Shown piece after piece: positions 22,170-33,951 of a DNA stretch of 33,951 bases (positions are counted from its first letter, which is position 1; the number at the start of each line of letters is the position of its first letter). The translations under genes and the position numbers were made by a program. Source of the DNA: Octopus bimaculoides (taxonomy: Eukaryota). The notes under the pieces are model-generated. The model was not told the origin of the DNA, made no database searches, and saw only the letters and a list, made by a program, of their open reading frames with translations. The stretch spans positions 63,307,256 to 63,341,206 of the forward strand of contig NC_068985.1 in NCBI RefSeq assembly GCF_001194135.2. Reading direction: 5' to 3'.

Positions 22170-23280
22170 AGACTTGTTGGGTACGTACAAATAATTTCGA
22201 AGTCCCGGAAAACTATGGGTGCTCAGTAATTATTTTTAACATACAGTATGTTAACAAATATATATTGACCAACGATACATCAACTCTATGGTAATATAAT
22301 GGTGATTTTTCAAGGTCACTTCAATAATTCATTCTAATTAATCGGTTTCTGACTGAAAAATCCTAGATTCAGAGCCATTTGTGAAATTTTTCTTATCTAT
22401 TTCTGTAAATGTGGTTTTGTCGCATAAAATTTCTTCATTGTGGCAGAGTAAGTTTGCAAACCTACGCCATTCCACATTGCTCAGATCATTCACATCATGC
22501 AATTAAGTCAAATCCAAAGTCCCAATCTTTGAGGATAAAACGGATTTGTACTGATACAGAGGATTATTGGAAACATGGAAACGATTTTGTGCGCCATTAT
22601 GTCAAACGCGATTGTAGTGCGTTACGATTGAAGGAAATCGTGAATGACAGTCAATTCCATCACAAATTATAACAGAGATGTTATGATTTACACAAAAGGT
22701 GGGACTTATAACGATTCCATTTGGTGTACGCAGCCGAGTACACCAAACACAACTTGATTTATGTTGGGTGTGTAACAGAAACATTAAATAAAAAATTCAA
22801 TGGGCATAGGTATAACATCAAGCACAATAACAGTACTTCGGCGGAACTAGCCAAACATTTTACATCAAACGGTTGTAAATTTGAGAGACATCTGAAAGTA
22901 CACATTCTCAGAAAATATTCTGACTCCACTTCATTTCAAATTCCCGAATCACATGAGGATAAATATACTTGTGAATGACAAACCTCAGACCCTTGAGGAA
23001 TTAACAAAATGAGACGAGAATTACATCACATTTACGCTAAACTTTTTGACTAAGTGTTCTCTTCACTGCTTTCTTTTTTTTTATCCTTGTTACCAGTCAT
23101 TTTGTCTAGAAAGGAAGGCAGGATATTCCATTTCAAATTTTGAATTTCTGAATTTCTGTGTATTTTTCATTTTTCGCTTTGAACCCGAGAAAGACAGACA
23201 TAGAGTAGAAATATTGTTTATTGAAATGAACAGAGTCAATCTGTATTTAATTCATATCGCATCACGCTCTTCTTATTATG
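22170..23280 (+). mobile_element. Penelope-like element fragment (end of RT and GIY-YIG endonuclease)
   Basis: CSDHSHHAIKSNPKSQSLRIKRICTD (PLE S.HP.H...SIP.SQ.LRI.RICS motif, 22409-22672) and VYAAEYTKHNLIYVGCVTETLNKKFNGHRYNIK...AKHF (GIY-YIG, 22721-22978). Frameshifts and stops are present. Confidence 0.85.
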
Positions 23281-23569
23281 TATTTATCTTCGTGTAGAGT
23301 TATGTCAATCTTCAGGGAAATGAGAAGACTGGAAGGTTTCTGATAAAGTAATCTCAGTGGTTATAAGTGCTATCGGTACCGTTACCAACAGACTTGGTAG
23401 TTTCCTTATTGAAATCGATATAACTACGTGACATGCATCAGTACTGAAATATGCTCTATTAAGAATACAAGGATTGTTCGGAAGATCCTCGATATCTAAT
23501 GAAACTGATTGTGATCCAGTATCAGGGACACTAATCCCGAATGTAATACATTTTTGCTTACCATATGAT

Positions 23570-23670
23570 CACAATAATAATCCTTTCTACAAAAAACCCC
23601 AAAATTTTGGGGGAGGAGGCCAGTCACTCACATCAACCCCAGTGCTCAATCCTTACTTGTTTTATCAACT
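23570..23670 (-). mobile_element. SINE 3' fragment
   Basis: AATAATAATCCTTTCTAC...TTTTGGGGGAGGAGGCCAGTC..TCACATCAACCCCAGTGCTCAA. Confidence 0.7.
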
Positions 23671-25720
23671 CCAAAAGTCTGAAAACCCGAAATGCTTGTC
23701 CTGAACGGATAATGCCCCCTCCCACGACAGTGCTAAGCACTTTTGTATGCTGTCCATAATCTTCGACTTCAGAGTCCTCCAGAAGTGACCACTCAGACTG
23801 TTCTCGTCGATGAGAACAATCTGAGTCAATCTTAGAGGTATCCATTTAATATGACCATCGAGCAGATTCCACTGTACTTTGTGGTGACTGAGCTTCTGAA
23901 GACGGAAACGAAAACCGACAACCACCAGATAGTACTTTAGATTGATCCAAATTGATCATTACTCCGCCAAAGCTGGATCTGTTTCTGACTCGTTCTACGA
24001 TGTATTGTATGAGGTGGAGGTTGTTATGGATAGACCTGTCGGAAATCGTACAAGTCTGCGCGTCTCCGACTACATTACCGACAATAAGCAACAACCTCTT
24101 GGCGAGCACCTTAGCTATAATCTTTAATTCAATGTTGAATAGAGTTAAGGGCCTGAAAATTTCCATCACGTTCTCCTTTTTCAGCAATGTCACCACTTCC
24201 CAGCTCACACAACTGGGGATGCTTCCAGCTGCAGTAGACGGCTACCAAAACAACCATGTCGAAATATAGCTCATAAAGCAGATAATTCAATCTTGGTGAT
24301 ATGCTCCCCACACAGTGGCTTAGCAAATCTGCTACTTCCTCCACTGAAATCAGTTTCTCGCAACACTCAACCTCCGTCAAATAGATGCGGCAAACCATGG
24401 AGGTAGGCCTCAAAGCCTACTGTCGCAGATATACCGTTCCTCGAAAACAGCAATGCTGCTGCCACTCGGGCTCAACCGACGGCTTTTAGCCTTCATGTTT
24501 CAGCGCATGCATCTTAGTTCGGACAATGAAATCTTCATGTTTTGTGTCGAAGAAATTGCTGAGGGCCATTCTGGCCGCTAGTACGTCTTTTGTTATTCCT
24601 CCTTTATGTGCCCCATCTAAACTATTGACTTGTCTGTTCTATGCTGTTGTTTACTAAAGCGATTTCTTTGCTAAAACTAACAGATGCCTCTTTGACTTTC
24701 CTTTTTAGTGAAATCCATCACTTGATAGCTGCTTCTGTCAATTCTCGTTTAACTAGTATACTAATCTGACACCCGAAATCTTCCTGTGACGGGGAGGACG
24801 TGTTCTTCTTCCGGTAATCTGACCCTTGTCTATTTGTCTTTTCTAGGTTGACTGTGAAGTTCTCAAATTTTTGTCTGAATAGCCAACGATCTGAAACTAT
24901 GGACAACTGATACAATGCCTATCAGCTAGCCAGATAAAAATCCTAAGTATGACATGGATAACCCACTGAGATTTGACCATGTCCACATTAGCGTGTTCGG
25001 TAAATCGAGAAGAAGCTTGTCAGGCAGCTGGAAATACCTGAGAAGGTTTGCAAGGTTTTTGCACCCCACTCCCTAATAAGATATTCCCACATAATCTTTA
25101 CTTTCGTTCAACCTATCGATTGGATCTAAAGAAACCGTAGTCACCTATGCGTCATGACCTATCCAAAACAGCACCGCCACTCCACACCACTTGATCCATG
25201 CCGACTGGAGGTAGTTTAAACTTCGTAGTCGTCCAGAAAGAGAGCGAGTGATTGCGTTCCGGAAATCCTAGTCTCACTAGTAGCTACTGCATCTAGACGT
25301 AGTGACCTGAGGTCGTTGAGCAGGTGACTCTGTTTTCACGCTACCCACCAGCGCCCAGTCTTAGAGTTACCATTCTAAGAGGAGGGTCAGAAACAAAAAG
25401 AACAGTTAGTCACTTGCCCTAGTCTTGGGCGGTCCTTTTGGGGTCTCTGTACAAGCCATCTAAGTTCCTCCTGTCTAATAAATTTTTTAATCCTCCCACA
25501 TCACGTGGCAAACGCTTCCTCAAAATGTGATACATTGTTGGAGTCGTCCTTACTAGAACCTTCTCTTCGAGAGTTTCGGAAATGATGAGACTATCAAGAC
25601 CCACGCCTATTATCAAAATTTTATCTTTGTTAGAGTGTACAAACTGCATCAATTCCTCGTTATCCTTTCAGAAAACTGTGTAGTCAAGAAGTTCGTCCAT
25701 AAGATGTTGCTTTAATTGTT
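23670..25720 (-). mobile_element. Decayed L1/Tx1-clade LINE: ORF1 end (25720-25419) and ORF2 from ATG at 25373 (APE endonuclease and partial RT)
   Basis: Remnants KQSHLLNDLRSLRLDAVATSETR (APE N-terminus), ISVEEVADLL...YELY, VVTLLKK...FRPLTLFNIELKIIAKVLAKRL...AQTC.ISDRSIHNNLHLIQYIVERV...INLDQSK and WEGALSVQDK, with internal deletions. Confidence 0.85.
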
Positions 25721-26470
25721 CCGTGTCTTGTGACTGATGTGGTTGTCATTTTTTTTTCTTCGTGCACATCATTTCCCTTTCGGGGATTACCATGACGCCA
25801 GGTTCGGACAATACCTTACATGTTTAATGGCATTCGCTCTCCTGTGCAGTGAATGGGTGGTCCACTATGATAATGATGATGATGATGATGATGATGATGA
25901 TAATGTATTCGGAAACACTTTTCTCCACTCGAGCCATTTTCTCAGATTGCAACCGTAGAATAGTGTGTATATTAAGTGAGTATAACTATAACGTGTATAT
26001 ATCTGTATACAGCATTTGTATCCCTTTAGTGTGTCTGTAACTACAGTGTATTTAACAGTTTAATGTATATGTAACTACAGCGTGTATATCAGTTGTGTAT
26101 AACTATTTCGTGAATATGTATCAAGGTAAAGCGAAATATAATGCTGGTTCATCTTATTCTTCAGGCTTTATCAACTCAACCAATTTCTGTAGTGACAGTC
26201 GTCACGCATCATTGAACCCACTTCAAGTGATGTGTAAAACAGGCTGGGAATCCTTCCTTTCTACAAGTGTCAATTTCATTGGTCGATTTGTTTGACTTTT
26301 CTGAAGGAGAGAAAAAAATATTCTTGGCATAGTGATTCCATTATAACCATAATCAAGATTCGACTGAACGAAGAAAATGCTTCTGGATGCGTTTAAATTT
26401 GAGGAGTCACTATCGACACTTGTGGTGCAACGAGTCAATGAATCCGTTCAGTGTTCTCTTTCCCACCTCT

Positions 26471-26558
26471 CTTCCTCTCCTTTTCACTTCCTCTCCTTTT
26501 CACTTCCTCTCCTTTTCACTTCCTCTCCTTTTCACTTCCTCTCCTTTTCACTTCCTCT
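26471..26558. repeat. Perfect 16-bp minisatellite (CTTCCTCTCCTTTTCA) x5.5
   Basis: Units at 26471, 26487, 26503, 26519 and 26535, plus a partial unit, inside a long polypyrimidine region. Confidence 0.95.
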
Positions 26559-27149
26559 TTCCCCTTCCTCTGTTCTGTTCCCTCTCTGTTTTAACCCTCG
26601 TCTCGCTTACTCTCTTTCTCTCTCTTTCCTCTACTTCCTTCCCTTATCCCTCTTTCTAATTATCTTTCTGATTTGGAAAAAAGAGACTGTGAGTACTCTG
26701 TTCTATTCGTATGGCGAGCGAACCACCTTTATCCTTTCTTCCTTTCTAGTCAGCTCCGTCCATTCCTTACTCGTTCCCTCCTTTCTACACTATCAACTAG
26801 CAACCAGCGAGCGAACTTGTCACTTCCACTACAATTACTGTATTTTCCGGTGTATAAGCCGCTATTTGTTTTGTTTTTACCTTCATGTTTTGATAATGTT
26901 ATTGTTTATCTAATAAAGACTTTTATATTGACGAAATGTGTTTGTTGTTGATTATAGTAAGATAGAATCATGACAATAATAATACATCTCATAGTTTAAA
27001 ATAAGGCATTTTGAAACTACATTTACGTCAACAACAAAAAAGCTAGCTGCGATTCTTCGAACAGAGTGGTGACATTTAGTAGAGATGACCCGGAAGTTGT
27101 TCCTCTTCGATTACTATCGCAAACAGCAGTAGTTTTCTTCAATCGAATA

Positions 27150-27344
27150 CACGTCGTTGATTGGTTGAAATTACCCAAATACGATAACTTTAACACGAAA
27201 TAACTTCTAAAATACGAAATTTTGTCAAAAACGTTCTGAGTAAACCGTGTTCTACGTGAGAAATTCTACCAGTATTCAAAGTTTCAAACTGTTTAGTTAA
27301 AAAAAAATAATTAAAAAAGTCTGTGATTTAGATGGAATAGATCC
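27150..27344 (-). mobile_element. Outer-arm fragment of a relative of the GGATC-terminated MITE
   Basis: ACGTCGTTGATTGGTTGAAATTACC.AAATACGA.AACTTTAACA.GAAATAACTTC matches 16960-17020, and the fragment ends in AGATCC. Confidence 0.7.
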
Positions 27345-27785
27345 GTTATGCTTAGTGGATTTCCACTCAGATTTTTGAAACATACAAAAAGATCTAACAT
27401 TTATTATAGGATTTTGCGCTGTCTTGTTGTGTAGTTTCTTCAATGTCTTTGGTCGTCCATTGCAGTCTCTGCGTTGAAATTACTATTTATTTCCTTTAGC
27501 AGAGGTGCACAAGTTTGTACAAGTCTCCTGATTTTATTTTGAATTCCTGAATATCTAATATGGTTATCTTCTGTTAGTTTAAGAATGTAATTTGCAATAT
27601 TTTGCCTCATATAACTAAACGCTTAATATTATATATGTTATGAGGCCATCTTTGCTGTAGTAAAGTCTGAGTGTGATAAGGACAAAATATCTTTTATTGT
27701 AGTTGTAAAACTGTTCTCTGAATTATGCTACGAGGATGTCATGTGTGATGTCTTTAGGTCTTTAATGTTATTCTTTTATTCTTTT

Positions 27786-27825
27786 ACTTGTTTCAGTCAT
27801 TTGACTGCGGCCATGCTGGAGCACC
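27786..27825. mobile_element. Short SINE/LINE tail fragment
   Basis: TTTCAGTCATTTGACTGCGGCCATGCTGGAGCACCG, recalled as a common octopus repeat end; not verified. Confidence 0.4.
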
Positions 27826-28079
27826 GAAGCAGATTAAAATTAGTTTACAAGGATTATCTTTGATCGTCTTGGACCTCTTTAATTCTGTGCTGGGCGTTCG
27901 TGTAAAGAGAGGAGCTGAGCTATGCACTCATCGCTACCTGCAACAATCCATTCAGTATTCTCTCTCTCCCATCTCTCTTCCCTTCTCTCTCCTTGCCTAT
28001 TCTCCCTTCCTCTCTTCTACTCTCTTTCTATCACACTCTCTCTCTTAACCCTCCTCTTTTAACAATCTGTAACGATCTA

Positions 28080-28720
28080 CAACGTGGAGAAACTACAAAA
28101 CTAGTAAGTCCAGTTCAACTCATAGGATAATGCGAGAAACAATTATGCGGACACTATTGCATCCGAATTCAGAGACCTTTCTGGACAAACTAAGGACATA
28201 GAAACGGAGTAGAGATTGTTGTTTGGCAGTTTCCGTTTTGGCTGTACTATGTAGTGGACGAAAGCGGCGGGGTGTGATATCAGGTGATCAAAGAAACCCT
28301 GTTTTAGCGAGGAAGTTACTATACACGCAAAGAAGGAAGTTTAAAAAGCCTGGTTTGAAAACAAGTCTCTCCTTTTGTACATGCTCTACACCGAGGCGCG
28401 AAAAGTTGCAAGAGAGACAGTAAAAACGTCCAGGTCAGCGAGGACTTATTGATCAATAATGTATTTTGGCAGATCATTCGTTACCTTCGTTATATGAAAC
28501 CTCTTTCACATCTGCCATAAAGAACTCGGTTGGGAGAAATCCTTTGGAGGTGGAGAGAATACCTTGCTGAGTTCCTAAATCCAGTCACAATAAAATCTTT
28601 TGATGGCGATGAAGTGCACCAAGAGGCGTAAACTGACCTTAAAGGAGCTGAAGCCATAGAGACGAAAAAGCGCTCAAATATGACAAGGCTGTTGATAAGG
28701 ACGAAAATCAATCTGAGATG
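28080..28720 (+). mobile_element. Decayed RTE-clade LINE linker fragment
   Basis: Remnants IASEFRDLSGQTKDIETE, NNVFWQIIRYLR and EILWRWREYLAEFLNP match the EN-to-RT linker of RTE-type ORFs. Confidence 0.55.
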
Positions 28721-29790
28721 TTAAAAGTAGTCTCTGGATAGTTCGTGTATGTCAGTCAGAAAATTTTCTTTGTTTAAGGCTTCCAATCTCCTTCATTCAT
28801 TTGTCTGTTTCATCACTCACAATTCCTATTACACCAGTAATCACAAGAGTAATCTTTACAGACTTCATGTACCAAATCCTCACAATCTCAAATTTTAAGG
28901 AGTTGTAGTTTTTCAACTTTTCATTTGCTTTCTTCACATTCCTAGTATCAAATGGACAAGACAGATCAATCAGTATGCACATTCGATTTTTCTTGTTTAA
29001 TATTTGGCTTGTTATCATATCCAGTTGAATGGGAAAATCCCTCAAAATCTTGCATGTTTCCGATTCATGTACTCTTTCTACCTGATGATTGTACCATGTA
29101 CCTCCCGCTTCAAGCGACCAATGTAAAACTTTTTCCATTTCTACATTCTTCCTGGGTCAACTTGAAACATTCTGCAACAGTGTATGTCATTGTTTCATCC
29201 CAAATTCCAAACACTCTACATTTTGCCGACACCTTCTCCTCATGCATATAAGTTGTTTGTTTGAAGTGCTTAATCAAGATTATAATAAAGATCTCGTTTT
29301 TCAGTTTCCTATTTTTTAAACCAAGCCACGATTTTGTTCCAGCAAACATCCTCAATGGCTTTCCAAAACTGACCATGCAAAGGTTTCTTTTCAATTCTTT
29401 GAAGCTCTCTGAATTTCATTTTTGTCCTTTTCCCCTTTTCCAGTCTTATTCGCCTGTTCTTTATTCATTGCCTTTAGAAACTTTTCTGTTCTGTTCTGCA
29501 AATAATCAAGTAATCTCTTTCATTCCATCTATACATACTCTTCAATACCAATTAAGCCTCCTCCACTCTTGTCTCTTTTCAAGTACAACCGATTGATATC
29601 AGCTTTCGGATGTTAGGCTCCATAAATAGTCAACAGTTTTCTAGTTTTCTGTAACGTATCTGCATTTCACCTTTTCTGCAATCCACAATTCAAACTCTAT
29701 GCCTAATAACTGGCACTGCTCGTGAATTAATTGTTTCAATAGCATTTCTTGAATTCAACCTTGACTGTAATATTTTCCTCACTCTCCACA
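28720..29790 (-). mobile_element. R4/Dong-like RLE LINE 3' part (thumb, CCHC, restriction-like endonuclease)
   Basis: RVRKILQSRLNSRNAIETINSRAVPV, RLYLKRDKSGGGLIGIE, CRVFG..DET......C, and WYNH.VERVHE.E.CKIL.DF.IQ.D...LIDLSCPFD...K..EK..NY..LK.EI.RIW...V....VITGVIG.V. Confidence 0.85.
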
Positions 29791-29874
29791 GTCAACGAGA
29801 GGGACGAAATATCTGTCTACCCACAGGAATAAGGTAAATGATCCTTTCTCACCGACTTCTCTCTTGCCGATCAT

Positions 29875-32330
29875 GTCTGCTCAAAATAGGTTATGTAAAT
29901 GCATGAGGTTTGGGGTCAGCTTGGAAGCCGGGTCACTTTCTCAATAACCTCAGATTACCAGATATAGATGTGGTCGCCATTAGCTAGACTAGACTTTTAC
30001 ATCCACAAGCTTTCAATCCCATTCTCGATGGATACGAGATTTTCTCCAAGTCGACTGGAATTGTGAGGAAGAACTGCTGCGTTGATTCGGAAAGGTCTGA
30101 AAGGTCACGATACAGACCATCCTCCTGGAATGAGAAAGTAAGCTGGTGGTCCTGGAGGTGAAAAGTTGTGAAGGTTGAGCTTTCAGACAAGTAGCTGTTT
30201 ACGCTCCGACAGAGGCGGAACAGCCGAATTTTTTTTAGGCATCTGGAGGTTTTCTCGGCGAGTAAGGCAGCGTTTGGAAAACCGATAACATATGCAGAAA
30301 CACGGAAAGTGACGGCCGGCTGCATGAGGAGCAAATCGTCTGGTTTACTTTTATATGCCAGACTTGTTTGGAGACCTCTTGGCAGACGTCTACCGCAACT
30401 GGCAGCAGAACGGGAGGATTCCCAGTTCTGTTAGCCCAAGAGTGGTAGCCCTGCTAAGAAAAGACTCAAACAAGGAGCATCACATTAATAACTTTCTGAC
30501 CATAACTCTGTGAAACGCTGTTTTAAAGATTTTCGCCAGGATATTAGCAAATTAGTTGGCGCTTGGTGGTGCGCAAACACGCGCCACCTCAAACAGATCT
30601 ATTCATGAAAACCTCCACCTCATGCGATACATCATAGAGAGAGTGGGTAATGAACTTGGCATGAGTGATGTTCTGATAAATTTAGGTCAACCAAAAGCCT
30701 TCGATAGGGCTTTTTGGAGGCTGTTCTCATGGTGGCCGGTTTTGGTCCCGTATTCTGCGGCTAGATTGCCGCAATGTACAGTAATTTCTGCCAAGTGGTT
30801 CGGGTGAATGGTTACATATCGAAACCATACAACACCATGCGCTCGGTCCATGAAGATTGACCCCTGTCGTCTCTTTTGTATCTACTGCAAAAACTAGAGA
30901 CATTGAAGGGCATCCCGCGTGAGCTAGAACGTGAAAGAACCGTGTCAGCATACGCAGATGATGTCACTCATAATGTCAGACAGCGGACACTTAGACCTGA
31001 TTAGCACTGTTCTAAGGGAACACGAGGCGGTGACAGAAGCAAGAATAAACCAAGGAAAGTCAATGAGTTTGCAGCTCGGCCCCTGGAGAGGCAGGTCTAT
31101 GCCGTCCTATAGCAATGTGGTACGCTGGACGTGCGAACCGATTAAATTGCTCGAGGTCTGGGTCTGATTTGGTCCAGACCTACAAGTGGAGGAGTACTTG
31201 GACGAGATGACGAGCAGGGTAACCAATCCTACTCAGAAATGGGTCAAGTGAAATCTTTGCCTGAAAGGTCGGGTAGAGCTGGTGAACGTGTACATTACCT
31301 CCATCATATAATTGCCAGACCGTTTGCCTAGCCCCAGTTCACGTCTCATCAAATTAGAATACTTTCTGTGGAATGTGAGCGCTCCGATGATCAGGCGATT
31401 TTTTTTGTTTTCAACACCTGCTGACCTGCGGACTGAGCAAGCTGATGATGCTCAGACATGCTGAGCTGAGACATCTCAAGCGTCTCCTTGACGGTGAGCA
31501 GGTGTGGTTGCCGTTTGTAAGGCTCGCTTTTCTGCAGCCGGACTCTTTAACTGAGCTATAATCCTGGGTTAAGCGTAGACCGAGGCAGAGTGTTTGACAC
31601 CAAGATTGTCATCAGATACTCATGGCTCTCTGCCAGTCAGGCAATTAGGTTTCGGCATTGATTAACTGGCTGGTCTGTTCTGAGGGACTTTCGGATTATT
31701 TTCAGAAGTCTCTGACCGGGCAGCGCTGCCGGAAGGCATTGCCGGTTCGCTATAAACTCTGGAGTCATGGAAGTGCCGTCTACCGGGTTTGTCCGAGATG
31801 TGTGCTAAGCGACGAAACTTTCTGCACGCATTCGTCACTGCTCCAACATTGGTGATTTTGAGCTTACCTCAAGAACCTGTTCTCGCGTGTATGACAGATT
31901 CGGCACTCGGCTGAGCCCAGTGTGAAGATCGTTTCTCCGCTTTCTTTTTTTGGCTGGGAAGGACCGACAATATTTATCTGCCTGGTTGCCATAGTAAAAG
32001 AGGAGTGGAGCAGATTGGAGGGGCTGAAGTTAAGCATATTACTCTTTGGCCAAGCTCTCATCAACTTTTTCACTTTTCACCTTAAAAGGAAAGTGAGGGT
32101 GGAGAGGGCAGTGCTGCCTTCCAGCAAATTATTTGAAAGGTGAGTGATATGGCAACGATGGTCCGAGTGAACGAGTCTTCTCTGAGCATGCAATTGTAGA
32201 TCGAGAGAGGAAGTAGTAAGGGTGACCACGGCTTTGTGGGATTTCTACGAGCAGCCCTTGCAAGTTTCTGCCCCGTTGGGAATATTTCTTGTCTGTATAT
32301 TTTTGTTTCATTGTTTTTGTTATTCTTTTG
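29875..32330 (+). mobile_element. L1/Tx1-clade ORF2 pseudogene (copy A): APE, RT, C-terminal Cys motif and 3' UTR
   Basis: LKIGYVNA*GLGSAWKPGHFL (29880), VAVYAPT, RSIHENLHLMRYIIERV...INLGQPKAFDR, YADD at 30951-30962 and KALPVRYKL...CPRC...DET. Many frameshifts and a deletion between EN and RT. Confidence 0.88.
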
Positions 32331-32339
32331 TTTACACGC

Positions 32340-33951
32340 TTTCATCTAACAAGAACCGCCCAGAGCCGGTGATCCAGGCGGACGTGGAAAGGGCACTGAA
32401 AGAAATAATGCCCAACATTCTTCATATATAATGGGCAAAACAGTTTGCGGGAATTTCAGTGCTCTTTAAATCTGAAGCCCTGGCCGCCAAGTACTCCGTG
32501 GTTCCCTGCTGGAGTGAAAAATATGTGCTCCATCTATCCTACTCAGAAAGGAGGATGGTGTGCATAAAGATCGCTGGGATATCACCAGAGGTAAACCTAT
32601 GGTGGATTCTCGCAGCGATCGTTTTGGAAGGGAGCAACAATCTCTTGGAGGTGAAAAGGACACGACGTGAAAATTGGTCTGGGACCAGTGTGGAAGTACT
32701 CCTCCACATTCAACCAGAAGCTATTCACATGATCCCAGACCTTATTCGCCTCCAGAATTACATGTCACAGTTGAGGGTAGAAGGCCACGGTGCCACCTGT
32801 GTGGAACGACAGGACACTTAAGAGCCTTCTGCCCCCAACAGAAGATAGGGAACTATGGAGGTCCCTTACTGCCAACACGAGGCCCCTAAAAGCCTCATCA
32901 ACAACAACAACAACAACAACAACAACCAAACCAACAACGACTAGTAACCAAAGCAGTGCCAACTCCAGCAACAACGGCATTATCATCAACAACAACAGTA
33001 AAACCAATAAACGAAGGAAAATCACTAACACCAGGGAGTGAAGCTGGTGCATCTGTTGCTGGTGTTGTTGATGCTGCTGGTGAACTGAAGTTGCAAACCC
33101 AGTAACAACAGCAACCCCAGCAAAATCAGCCACAGCAGCAACAGCACCAGTAACTTCAGTTCACCAGCAACATCAACAACACCAGCAACAGATGCACCAG
33201 CTTCACTCCCTTTAACAGCAGAAAAGACAATACATAAAAACACACACAGCACCCAGGGGATCCCACAACGAAGCTTTCCCACTCCCTCCCTCTCTCCGTC
33301 TACTTCAAATCCCATCGACCCATGCCCTGATTCCACAGACTCATTCATTGGCAACACACAAAGAAAATGACGGGGAAACACCCAAAATAAAAAAAAAAAA
33401 GAAAAAGAATCACAAAAATGCATCAAGTCTCACATCAAAAAGCAGAAAATACACCCACAACTGCCACAGACACACCGACAGCATCACCAACCTCTCCAGC
33501 ACCACAATCATAAACTGCGCCCCCAACACTACCTCAACTACAGCAACCGATCAAAAGAAAACACTTCCAAGAGTCACAACCAATCACACAAACACCTAAC
33601 TTCCTGCTAGTGAGGAAGTCAAATAAACAATTGATGGACCTCTTATCACGAAGAAAGGATGCCGAGAGAGAAGGTGTGATATTTGGCACCAGCACCTTTC
33701 AGGTGCCGGAAACATTGGTGTTGGTTCGAATGCTTACAGAGGCAAATAAACTCATTAGGAAGAGTTTTCTGCAAGATATGGGAATCCCTAATGTAAAGAC
33801 CACAATTAGGCTTTTAAAGGGACACTGAGCCACCTGACCTCCTAGTGGTAAATAGGCGCCTCTTTGTGTCTTTAAATTCTGTCCGGGGGTGTTTAAGTGT
33901 AGTATAAATGTTCGTGGCCTGGGGTCGCCCTGGAAGCAGGATTACCTACTC
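32340..33951 (+). mobile_element. L1/Tx1-clade copy B: ORF1 pseudogene (to 33828) with a CCHC knuckle, then the start of ORF2
   Basis: CHLCGTTGHLRAFC (CX2CX4HX4C) at 32791-32832, a low-complexity N/T/Q tract, the conserved C-terminal block, then INVRGLGSPWKQDYLL from 33904 (APE N-terminus, same family as 29880). Confidence 0.85.

Noticed and set aside
26110-26460. Candidate coding exon on the minus strand after a strong acceptor near 26305
   Set aside because: All frames close within about 30 codons and there is no recognisable homology.
26836-26862. Tc2-like terminal repeat (TA-CTGTATTTTCCGGTGTATAAGCCGC)
   Set aside because: No matching opposite end was found. Likewise, the hAT-like CAGTGATTCCCAAACT near 4291 has no partner.

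Overview
AT-rich, microsatellite-dense eukaryotic genomic DNA with three N-gaps, each flanked by simple repeats. The SINE and LINE content and the mollusc-type tropomyosin point to an octopus or other cephalopod short-read assembly; this is inferred, not verified. Only one intact host gene is supportable: a single-ORF, 174-aa tropomyosin-like CDS (9476-10000, +). It aligns by eye to both ends of a canonical 284-aa tropomyosin but lacks about 112 central residues. The rest is mostly decayed transposable elements: two R4/Dong-like RLE LINE fragments, a DD37D (maT) Tc1/mariner relic, two RTE-clade fragments, a Penelope-like GIY-YIG element, four L1/Tx1-clade relics and many tRNA-derived SINEs. 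There is also an 894-bp foldback element whose arms carry inward-facing TTAGGG/CCCTAA tracts, with two further partial family members. TE boundaries are approximate and all protein comparisons were made from recalled family motifs, without database searches.
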